A stretch of DNA of 58,546 bases from Vicugna vicugna (Eukaryota), in contig MU057635.1 of the NCBI GenBank assembly GCA_013265495.1, forward strand, positions 62,001 to 120,546, given 5' to 3'. Below the pieces are notes generated by a model that worked only from the letters and a program-made list of their open reading frames with translations, searched no databases and was not told the origin of the DNA. The position numbers were made by a program, and so were the translations under genes. Shown piece after piece: positions 41,802-52,080 of this stretch. The number at the start of each line of letters is the position of its first letter. The first letter of the stretch is position 1.

Positions 41802-42249
41802 TGTTGATTGAAATGCAAAAGCACAATGTGAGAGCTGTCAGTTTCAGTTTTATTTGGGGACTTAGGACTATTGCCTGAGAGACACGAGGGTCACCCTCTT
41901 AGATGCCTCTAAGGAACTGCTCTGAAGACACAAGAGGGGAGGTCAGCATATACATGATTTTAGAGGTGTCATGCAATCAAGCACACAGCTTGGTAGAAGG
42001 TTGCTGCTGGTCACAAGACACAGACATCTTAGTGATCTTAGTGCTTCTCTTCCTAAGGGAAGATGCAGGAAATTGCATTCATAGAATTTTCTCCTGAAAA
42101 TATCTATTTGAAGACCTGTCCTGACAGTTTTCCCAGAGCACAGTGTCTCATTCCTCATCTCCACCCTGAACTGTTTTCAGGGTGTGTTGAAGGTCGGCAA
42201 ATTCAGTGGCTAATGACTCAACCCCCGTAGGGCCAGACAGTGAGTGACA
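41802..42249. mobile_element. Solo ERV1-class LTR, copy B specific, 4-bp TSD
   Basis: TG...CA ends; TSD acac at 41798-41801 and 42250-42253; empty site ct-acac-agac at 29806-29809 in copy A. Confidence 0.85.
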
Positions 42250-42759
42250 ACACAGACTCAGTCCATTTGGACAAATAAATATTTGGTAAGGATATTTTGT
42301 AGGCAGATTTGTCTGTTTCTTTCTACTCCTTCTGCAGGCAACACAACTGGCCAAGGGTTACTTGTGCCAGAAAACACATATGAGATCTCAAACAATTCTG
42401 CTGATAGTCAAAGGATAAAATGACATCATTAGAAGCCACCCAGAAAATTGATACTATCAACTTGTTTCTCTTGCAACTCATTCATTCATTTGTTCATTCA
42501 TTCATTCATTAAATATATATGTGTGTCTACTATATGCCTGGTAATATTCTAGGTACCATGTGTACAGCAATGAACAAAACAGACAAAAATTTCTACTGTC
42601 TTGTAGTTTGTTTCCTAGTGGGCTCACATCTCTGCATGACCCCAGAGACCCAGTAGACTCATGAAAAGGTGAACTGGGCACAATATCATCGCAAGTAATC
42701 TTACCCTTCAGGGATATTCTCCAGCTGTCTTTTTATTCCTTCACATAACTCCTAGATAA

Positions 42760-43070
42760 AATGTTTCTCTGAGTTCTGTGAGTTGCTCTGGGAATTTAAT
42801 TAAACTCAAGTTGGGGGCTCCTGGAAACCTCTGATTTAGAGCAGGTTGTTCAGAAGTACAGGTAAAAACCTGGGCTTGCAACTGGTATCTGAAGTTGGGA
42901 GAAGGAGCAGTCTTGTGGGACTGAGCCCTTTTCCTGTAAAATCCAATGCTATCTCAGGGTAGATAATGTCAGAATTGTGTTGAATTCTTGGACACCCTGC
43001 TGGTGTCCAAGAGTATTGTTTGTTTTATGTGTGGGAGAACAATTACCAAATGGGATTTTGGGTCTCAGAG
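42760..43070 (+). mobile_element. MER21-like LTR, 3' part
   Basis: tttctctgagttctgtgagttgctct, cagaagtacagg, gggcttgcaactggtatctgaagt, cagtcttgtgggactgagccctt, gtcagaattg, ggacaccctgctggtgtc. Confidence 0.7.
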
Positions 43071-43672
43071 GACCAAAATGTTATATTAACTATAAATTTC
43101 ATTTTAGACCATAAAAAAAGCATTAAAAATGTTTGTTGTAAAGTGGAAATTTTTGAATGTGATAGAACTGAGAAATACCACTACAGATGGGATCAAACTG
43201 GGATGTGTCCTTTGTAGAATTGTACATAGCTAGTTACAAAAACTGGAAAATAGTGCTAAATCCTAGGCTTTTAGACCCCAAAAGAGCTTACAATTACTTT
43301 TTTTTTACTTTCCATAACCAGATGGATACTTTGCAGGTCTCCACTGTGACATTCTCTCTCTGGGATTTATAAATGTGCCAAAGGATCCTGCAGAATAACT
43401 GAGGGGAGAATTTCCTCTATGATTGTGGAGGAAAATTGTGCAGGGGAGGCAAAATTTTACTTTAGGGTCTGGGCCTGAAAATTAGACTGACATAAAACAA
43501 ATTAACAGGAGAAAAGCATACACATTTATTTAGTATAAGTTTTATATCACAGGGAAGCCCTCATGAAGAAATAAAGACCCAAAGAAGTGGCAAAATCTAA
43601 ATGATTTCTACAGGCTGAACAAAGAGAAGCAATTGTGAAACAGTGACTAAGAATATATGTGTAGGCAAAAGG

Positions 43673-45284
43673 AAGGACAGAGCTGGAGGGCTCACACATC
43701 TCAATTTAAAAACTTTCTACAAGCTACATGAATTAAAACAGTGAAGCACCAGCATAAATGCAGACACAGAGATCAGAGGAATAGAATAGAGAGTCCAGGG
43801 AAAAAAAAAACTGCTACATTTGTGGTTTTTGTAGGTAGGATAATGCCTTCCAAAACACTCATATTCTAATCCCTGGAACATGTGAATATATTTGGTTACA
43901 AGGGAAGTGGAAAGTAAGGTTGCTAATCTAGTGACTTTAAAATAGATTATACTGGATTATAGGCTGGACCTAACATAATCACAAGGATCCTTAAACATTG
44001 AAAACAGAGGCAGAAGGAGTCAGAGGGAGATGTGATTGTTAAAGAATGGTCATAGAGATGCAATGGTGCTAACTTTAAAGATGGAGGAGAGGGAACATGA
44101 ATCATGGAATGTCGGCAGTGTCTAGAAGCTGAAAGAGTCAAGGAAAGGGTTTTCCCTGAGAGTCTCCAGAAAAGAACACAGCCCTGCCGACATCTTGATT
44201 TCAGCCCTGTCAGACCCATGTTGAGTCCACCTTCTAATCCTACAGAACTATAAGATAATATATTTGTATTGTTCTAAACCACTAAGTATGAAGTAACTTG
44301 TTACAGGGACAACAGGAAACCAAAACAATAATCAACTGATTTTTGACAAGGGTGCCAAGATAATTCAGTTGGGAAAGAATAATCTTTTCAACAAATGGTG
44401 TTGGAAAAACTAGATATTTACATTCAAAACAGTGAAGTTGATTCCCAATCTCACATCATATACAGAAAACAACTCAAAATGGGTCATAGGTCTACATTTA
44501 AGAACTAAAACTATAAAAATCTTAAAAGAAAAAGAGCAAATCTTTGTGACCATGGTTTTAGGCTATTAGGCTAGATTATTTCTTAGATAAGACACCAAAA
44601 GCAAGCAAGAAAAAAATACATAAATTGGACTTTATCAAATTTAAAACCCTTTGTTCATGAAAGTGCATCATCAAGAAAGTGCAAAGATAATCCAAAGAAT
44701 GGGAGATAATATTTGCAAGTCATATTGCTGATAAGAGACTTGTATCCATATATAAGAACTCTTACAATTCAACAATAAAAAGACAAAAAATCTAATTAAA
44801 AATGGGCCAAAGATTTGAATAGATATTATTCCAAAGAAGAAAAACAAATGGCCAATAAGCACATGAAAAACTGATCAACATTACTAGTCATTAGGAAAAT
44901 GTATCAAAATCAGAGTATTATAACACTTCAGAAACACTAGCATTGCTAATATTACAAAGGCAGACAACTTGTTTTGGTGAAAATAAGAAAAAAATTAGAA
45001 CCCTCACACCATGCTGGTGGGATTGAAAAATGGTGTAGCTAATGTGAGAGACAGTCTGGCAGTTCTTAAAAATGTTATATATAGATTTACCATGTGACTA
45101 TGCAATTCTGCTCCTAGACTTCTACTCAAAATTTGTTCATAGCAGCATTGTTCATAATTGCCAAAAGGAAAAAATTAAGTATCTATCAACTGATGAATAG
45201 GTAAACAAAATATAGTGTGTCTATATAAAGGAATATTGCTAAGCAATAAAAAAGAATAAAATAATGAAACATGCTACAACATGG
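43673..45284 (+). mobile_element. Old L1 (L1M-type) ORF2 3' region/3'UTR, decayed
   Basis: agctggagggctcacac, gaatagaatagagagtccag, gatttttgacaagggtgccaag, ttttcaacaaatggtg, aaatggccaataagcacatgaaaa, aaacatgctacaacatgg. Confidence 0.85.
43830..44327 (+). mobile_element. MaLR LTR (MLT1D-like) nested in L1
   Basis: ctaatccctggaacatgtgaatat, tctagaagctgaaag, cagccctgccgacatcttgatttcagccc, aaccactaagt...aggaaaccaaaaca; ~500 bp. Confidence 0.85.
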
Positions 45285-45726
45285 AAGAAAAAGAAAAAAA
45301 GAATTATTTTAACAAGGTCTCTTTGTGCAGAATTCTTTTGGTCTCAACTTCCTGTCTTTGATAATAAGAATGTTTCTTTTCTCCTGGTATTGGGAGGGCG
45401 GCTCTCACATGAGAGTTTTAACTCTTGTTTTAAGGAAGTAAAGGGGAGCTCAAACTGTACTTGGGTATCTACTGTTTTATTTTTTTAATGCCATTAGTTT
45501 AAAATAATTCTTAAGCCAAAGTGGCATATTGGGATGGTATATTCTACCACCCTTCATCTGTCACTGCCTTCTAAACCACAGGTCCTTTCCCACACCTCAC
45601 AGGCTTCGAATTACTTGTCCATTTGTAGCTGGGAAATGGGAAATAGATTTTTTTTCCTCAGTGTTTGAATTTAATTAGCTTCACTCCCAGTTCCTCTTCA
45701 ATTCATGAGCCAGTTTAATTTTCTTA

Positions 45727-46092
45727 ATATCATCTAGCATTAACTAAAATTATTTCTATACTTTTTGTTTATTTACTGTGTATCTCTCCCTTCTAAATGA
45801 AGACTCCGTAAGAGTCAACCTTATCAACCTCACTGCTGTATTCCAATGCCTAGACAGCACCAAGGGCTCAAGAAATATTTTATTAATACAAGAATAAATG
45901 GCCAAGCACATATTATCTAGCATTAACTAAAATTATTTCTATACTTTTTTGTTTATTTATTGTGTATCTCTCCCTTCTAAATGAAGACTCCGTAAGAGTC
46001 AACCTTATCAACCTCACTGCTGTATTCCAATGCCTAGACAGCACCAAGGGCTCAAGAAATATTTTATTAATACAAGAATAAATGGCCAAGCA
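45727..46092 (+). repeat. ~183-bp near-perfect tandem duplication (L2 3'-end-like content)
   Basis: 45727-45908 and 45910-46092 differ by about two substitutions and one T. Confidence 0.95.
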
Positions 46093-46281
46093 GCATTAAG
46101 GCTTCCTAATACTAAATGCATTTTAAAGACAAATATGTTGTGGCTCAGCAAGCTTCCATCACTTGCCAACCCAGCCAAGATTCCTGCTCAGATCTTCCTT
46201 ATTCCAATAACAATGGCCTTGACCATATCTCACAGGTTTATAACAGAGAATGACCTCCTTTGGTACTGGTTGCCATAAACA

Positions 46282-46301
46282 TCTCACTCTTTCATTTGTA
46301 G
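46282..46301 (+). other. Splice acceptor of the OR9G3-like coding exon
   Basis: tctcactctttcatttgtAG|gtgaggtctccttaaatcATG. Confidence 0.65.
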
Positions 46302-46319
46302 GTGAGGTCTCCTTAAATC

Positions 46320-47264
46320 ATGGAGAGAAGAAATCACACGGTCACTGAGTTCATCCTGGTGGGCTTCACAACAGACCCTGTGATGCAGCTGGTCCTCTTT
46401 GTGATGTTCCTTGGTGTCTACTCTGTGACCCTGGTAGGAAATACCACTCTCATGGTGTTGATCTGTAATGACTCAAGGCTGTACACACCCATGTACTTTT
46501 TCACTGGGAATCTGTCTTTACTGGATCTCTGGTATTCCTCTCTCTACACCCCAAAGATCCTCGTGACCTGCATCTCTGAAGACAAAAGCATATGATCTGC
46601 ATCTCTGAAGACAAGAGCATCTCCTTTCCTGGCTGTGCAGTTAAGTTCTTCTTCTCTGCTGGGCTCGGGTACAGTGAGTGTTACCTATTGGCTGCCATGT
46701 CTTATGACCACTATGTGGCCATCTCCAACCCCCTGCTGTATGCTCAGGCCATGCCAAGGAGATGGTGCATCTGCTTGGTTATCTACTCCTACACTGGAGG
46801 TTTTGTCAATGCAATAATACACACCAGCATCACACTCACTTTGAGTTTTTGTGGTGAAAATGTTGTTGATGACTTTTTCTGTGATGTCCCACCCCTAGTG
46901 AAGTTGGCATGTGATGTGAAAGAGACCTACCAGGATGTGCTGTACTTTCTCCTGGCCTCCAACATCATCATCCCAGCTCTGCTTATCCTGGCCTCCTGCC
47001 TCTTCATCATAGCTGCCATCCAGAGGATCCACTTTCCCCAGGGCCGCTTTAAAGCCTTCTCCACCTGCTCCTCCCACTGGTCTCTGTCACCTTGTACTAT
47101 GGCTCCATTCTCTACATCTACTCTCAGCCAGCTATTCCCTCAATAGGGACAAATTGGTGCCCACATTTTACACTGTGCTGTTCCCCATGCTGAACCCCAT
47201 GCTCTACAGTCTGAGGAATAAAGACATGAAAGAAGCTCTGAAGAAACTCTTCAAGGTAACATAA
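46320..47264 (+). pseudogene. OR9G3P: OR9G subfamily pseudogene (OR9G3-like)
   Basis: MERRNHTVTEF...; a 29-bp internal tandem duplication (46564-46621) creates a stop and frameshift; MSYDHY; 1-bp deletion at ~47077; ~7-bp deletion at ~47128; ends [26 protein letters not shown]. Symbol inferred from position between OR9G1-like and OR9G4-like genes. Confidence 0.85.
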
Positions 47265-48125
47265 TGTGAAGCCTAAATTACATACATTTCTCAAATCAGT
47301 GCTCAGTGCAAATAAAATGCTTCAGGAGAGGCATATGGAGAGGCATTAATAAAACATTTGTTTATCTAGTCAAAGAAATCCAGTGAAAAATATTTTCTTT
47401 TGTTGCATTGCTTTGTTTTGCTTTAATGATCATGCTATAATCTATTCTACAAAAGATGGATTCAATGTAATATTAGTGTATTTTTCAAAGAACAACATCA
47501 AGGTTTAATGTGATATAGAATATTATGTATTGCTTCTGGAATCCTAAATGGTTGAATGTTAATTTATTATCTCCCCTGAGATAGATCCAATTTTTTCCAC
47601 CTACTTAATGAGGTATTAAGGAAATGTGAAGAAAATATTAAATTGATTCTTGAGATTTGTGGAATATACCACAAATCCTTCTTGTTCAGTACCCACAGAG
47701 TATCTGTGGTAATGGAAAAGAAAGGAATGTGAAGAATATTGTGATGGAAAAAGAGAGGGCAGTGGCATGTTATTTAAAAGTCTGCTAAGATTCAAAGTCA
47801 AACTATATGCACAAAACCCTACCAATTCCTCTTTTCTCTTTCTAAAACCTCTCACAGATAATCCAGCTGATAATTTGTATGAAAATCGAGTACTGCCAAG
47901 AAGCAAAATACAACACTGTAGAACATCAAACAGCTCAGTATTTTGGATTTAAAATAGTTTAATCACAACAAAATAATAATAAATAATTAAAAATGATTTG
48001 ATCACAATGTTTCATCTTTTAAGTATAACCTGTTGTATTTACTTGAAATGTTGCAACATTTACAAACATGTTTATAAGCCAATATGTGGAAAGTGCAATG
48101 AGAGCTTGCTGCCAAAAGATAACCT

Positions 48126-49061
48126 TCATCTCTGGCAACTTCTGGTCTGTGTTGCTTTCCAGAGGCCTCTTTGACATCTTTGTTTCTCAGGCTATAGATG
48201 AGAGGGTTAAGCAGTGGGTTGACCACAGTGTAGAACAGGGCAGCCACTTTGTCTTTCCCCAGGGAGTAGGTGGAACTTCACCTTGAATACATGAAGAGCA
48301 AGGATCCATAGAAGAGCATGACCGAGATGAGGTGTGATGCACAGATGGAAAAGGCTTTGTGCCTTCCTGAGGCTATGTGGATCCTCAGAATAGCCAGGAG
48401 GATGTTGAAATAGGAAATCAGGATGGCAAGAATGTTGGAGAGGACAGTGAAGCCCATCACTCCCATGAGGACCTTTTCGTAGACCTGGGTGTCTCTACAA
48501 GACATTTTCACCAATGGCAGTGCATCACAGAAGAAGTGGTCGATGATATTTTTGCCACAGAACCTCAGGTGAAAGGTGTTGGTGGCATGGGCGATGGCAT
48601 TCAAGAAGCCTCCTGTGTAGGAGCCAGCAACGAGTCCGGTACAGAGAGACCTGGACATAGTGCTTGAGTAGAGTAACAGGTTACAGATGGCCGCGTGGCA
48701 GTCATAGGCCATGGCCGCTAGGAGATGACACTCACTGTAAGTCACAACACAGGAAAAGAACAGCTGGGCTCCACACCCAGCCAGGGAAGTGCACTTATCT
48801 TCTGAGACACAATTTGCCAGGATTTGGGAGTATGCACAGAAGTGTACCAGAAATCCAAAAAAGACAGACTGTCAATGAAAAAATACATAGGTGTGTGCAG
48901 GTGGGAGTCAACATGGATCAAGATAACTAGAGTCATGTTCCCTGACAAGGTGGTCATGTAGGGCACCAGGAATATTCCAGATAGAATCAGCTGCCACTGG
49001 GGGTCTGAAGAGAGACCAGTAAGGTAAATTCAGTCAGGACAGTGCGATTTCCTATTTCCAT
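48126..49061 (-). pseudogene. OR9G4: OR9G4-like olfactory receptor pseudogene
   Basis: MEIGNRTVLTEF start; 1-bp deletions at ~49016, ~48824 and ~48162; TGA at 48278-48280. Segments CTGLVAGSYTGGFLNAIAH, FCGKNIIDHFFCDA and [30 protein letters not shown] match recalled OR9G4. Corrected length is 312 aa. Confidence 0.92.
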
Positions 49062-50848
49062 GTCCACAGAGGGGAAAGTCTGATAACAGTCATGAGAAAA
49101 AATAAAATAGTGATTTTTGTTTTGAAAGAATTAAAGGTATATGGATCAAGTCAACAATTCATGAACCCCTTACTGTCTAGATAAAATGATAAAAAATTCA
49201 GTCTGTGACTTGGAAAGACCATCGGAATGGGAGTCGGGGTCTGATTTTGGAATTAGGGCTTTTACTTACTAATTGTTTCACGCAGGGCAAGTCCCTTTGT
49301 CTCACCCAGCAGGTGAGAAAAATGATGAGCTACGACAGGTGGTCTGATGGATTTAAGGAGATGTAAAGGAAAGCATCCAGCCAAATGCCGGGCCCACAGT
49401 GAGCACCCAACATGTGAGTGTCTCGGGGGGGTCAGTGAGTGTTTACATGTCAGGCACATGCTGGTCGCTTTACAAATGCCAGTTCACTGTGCTACTCCTG
49501 CCACTGTTAATACAGACTAGTACAAACATGACTCACTGTGCTCAGAGTATCCTCAGTTCTATACTTAACTACTTAATTCTTTCCACAATGTATATGGTAA
49601 GTATTATTATAATCCTCATGTAATTTAAGAAACATTTCCAAGGCCCCAGAACTAGTCAACAGCAGCTGGTATTTGAACCTCAAATTTTCTTTATGAAAAG
49701 TATGTGCTTTTAGCTGTTAAGCCACTTGCCTCTCTTATTAGTAAATATATTGTTTCTCTTGTTCCCCAATTAAGGCAATCCTATAATCCTCTGACAACCT
49801 GAATTTCTTCACCTATGAAAATAGATTTTTTTAAAAAAGTGTTTTTATTCCATGTTTTTCTCTAGTTAACATGAGATATACATATACATATGTGTATATA
49901 TGGTTTAAACATTTTTTGATACAGTAGGTGGTGAATAGTAGGAAGAACCAAATTTTTGGTGTTAAAGATATATTGAGAAACCATGAATCCTTCAGAGTTT
50001 GTATCTTGAACTTGCACAGCTCTCAGAGAGAAGGTAAAAGAAGATATTTAATGTCAAACACTATAGAATTAGTGCTAATGCCCCAGTGACCAGCTTACTT
50101 CCCCCCAGGCAGAGACACAATGAGAGCAAATTAAAATTAAGAAGATTGTGTTTTACTTAAATGTTAAAACACTTATCTTTGAGCTAAGCCAGGAACAATG
50201 TTATGACTAGAATGCAAATCCAAGTTTCCTACTTCAAGTTCTATTGTTTTCACTTGTTACTTTGTGAGATATCTCTCAGAGATTGGGTATCCTAACCTTT
50301 CAAATGTAGCTAATAGGTTCAGAGAGGGTGTGACTTGATTGATGACACTGTGGTTAAAGAGGACCATTCCATTTCTTTACAGTATCTAATGGATCACGTC
50401 TCATGAACACACAAAGCACAGATGCTCTAGTCATACATCCAAGGTTCTGGAAAGTGGCTTTAACTTAAACCTCTACAAATCTTTTCCTCACCACTTGTTT
50501 TCACCTACTAGAACTTCTACCAAACTACATCACTCACATGATTGGTTCCCACACATCCCGGGAGCTCCCCAGTTACAGTACTGGGTTGTTATTTATTTGT
50601 ACAACTTCCTTCTGAATATGCTCAAGCTTGAGTAGAATTATCTTGGCAGGAATTTTTGGTTATTAAATTTGTAGCAGATAAAATGGTGGGTCATGGACAC
50701 CACCTCAATGGTTACTATAAACTATTTCTGCTATGTTATCACTTGTCTAAGGAATTTTTTTAAAAATCTGGAACTTCTGAAGCTCATTTTTAATACAATA
50801 TTATTTGGGGTGGGAACCTAAAATATCTGGACAGAGCCGATTACTACT

Positions 50849-50872
50849 GTAGTAGTAGTAGTAGTAGTAGTA
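50849..50872 (+). repeat. (GTA)n microsatellite
   Basis: Read directly from the sequence. Confidence 0.9.
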
Positions 50873-51318
50873 AACTACTGACTTAAAGAGACAAATAACA
50901 AAAAAATTAATGTTCTCGGTTTTTGTGCATATATATCTAAGCTTAAAGTCTTCTCAGAAGAAAAGATGTATAAATTTGATCCGAAAAATGAGCGCAATAC
51001 AGCCCATTGTTGGGGGGAATGAGAAGGGAGAGCACTTTCATGAGAAGGAAAAACATGTATCAGGTCCCTCACATGAGAGAGTCTGGAGAGTTGAAGATGC
51101 CGACAGGGGCTAAATAAAGATGGCAAGGAAAGAGGAACCAGAATGAGCCATAGAGTTATCAGTGCACAAAACTCACTGGAAGCCAGATTAGGGATTTTGG
51201 CCTTAAAACCAGCACAAATGGTAGTCATCACCATTATGAGAAAGGGACACAAGCTGGTTAACATTTTCAAGGTTTACTCTTGCCTCAGATCATAGAATGG
51301 ATTAAAAGAGAGGAAAAT

Positions 51319-52080
51319 TGGTGGGAATATAGTTCGGTGCAGCCATTATGGAAAACAACATGGAGATTTCTCCAAAAACTAAAAATAGATTTATCATATG
51401 ATCCAGCAATCCCACTCCTGTGTGTATATCCAGAGTGAACTCTAATTAGAAAAGACACATGCACCCCAAAGTCCACAGCAGCACTAGTCACAATAGCCAA
51501 AACATGGAAGCAGCCTAAGTGTCCATCAGCTGATGACTGGATAAAGAATTTGTGGTATATTTACATAATGGAATACTACTCAGCCATAAAAATGAAATCA
51601 TGCCACTTGCAGCAACATGGATGGACCTGGAGATCATCATTCTAAGTGAAGTAAGCCAGAAAGAGAAAGAAAAATACCACATGATATCACTTATATGTGG
51701 AACCTTAAAAAAAAGACACAAATGAATTTATTTACTAAACAGAAACAGACTCACAGACATAATAAACAAATTTATGGTTACTAGGGGGATGGGGTGGGGA
51801 GGGATAAATTGGGAATTTGGGATTTGTAGATACTAACTACTATATATGACTACTATATATAAAATAGATAAACAACAACTTCCTACTGTATAGCACTGGG
51901 CAATATATTCAGTATCTTGTAGTAACTTATAATGAAAAAGAATATGAAAATGAATATATGTATGTATATGTATGATTGAAACATTATGCTGTACACCAGA
52001 GATTGACACAACATTGTAAATTGACTATACTTCCACTAAATTTTTTAAAATTAAAAAAATAGCTAAATTAAGAAAAAAAT
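51319..52080 (+). mobile_element. 5'-truncated L1 3' end (cetartiodactyl/camelid type)
   Basis: tggtgggaat...gatccagcaatcccactcctg...gcaacatggatggacctggagatcatcattctaagtgaag...A tail; imperfect TSD taaaagaga(g/a)gaaaa at ~51303 and ~52080. Confidence 0.92.

Larger units (their letters stand above)
31450..42756 (+). repeat. Segmental duplication, copy B (contains OR9G1-like B)
   Basis: Direct, diverged copy of 15600-30312 (roughly 75-80% by eye outside converted tracts). It is shorter because of two ~1.5-kb deletions and carries one extra LTR. Confidence 0.9.
43437..45556 (-). mobile_element. ERV1-class LTR split into 43437-43672 and ~45300-45556 by an L1-derived insert
   Basis: attaacaggagaaaagcatacacatttattt in the first part; gaattattttaacaagg...gccaaagtggcatatt...cccttca in the second. 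Confidence 0.65.

Noticed and set aside
46320..47264. Indels in the OR9G3-like gene sum to about +21 nt, suggesting a compensated frame
   Set aside because: A stop at 46593-46595 ends translation at 91 aa, and the middle of the gene would be out of frame anyway.
21568..48667. Recurrent antisense ORFs (MGGAGGEGF..., at 21568, 35585, 46895; also 48377)
   Set aside because: They are shadow frames of OR coding sequence and recur only because the sense genes are paralogs.
50840..50880. Hairpin potential (ttactactgtagtag...)
   Set aside because: Explained by the GTA microsatellite and its short complement.
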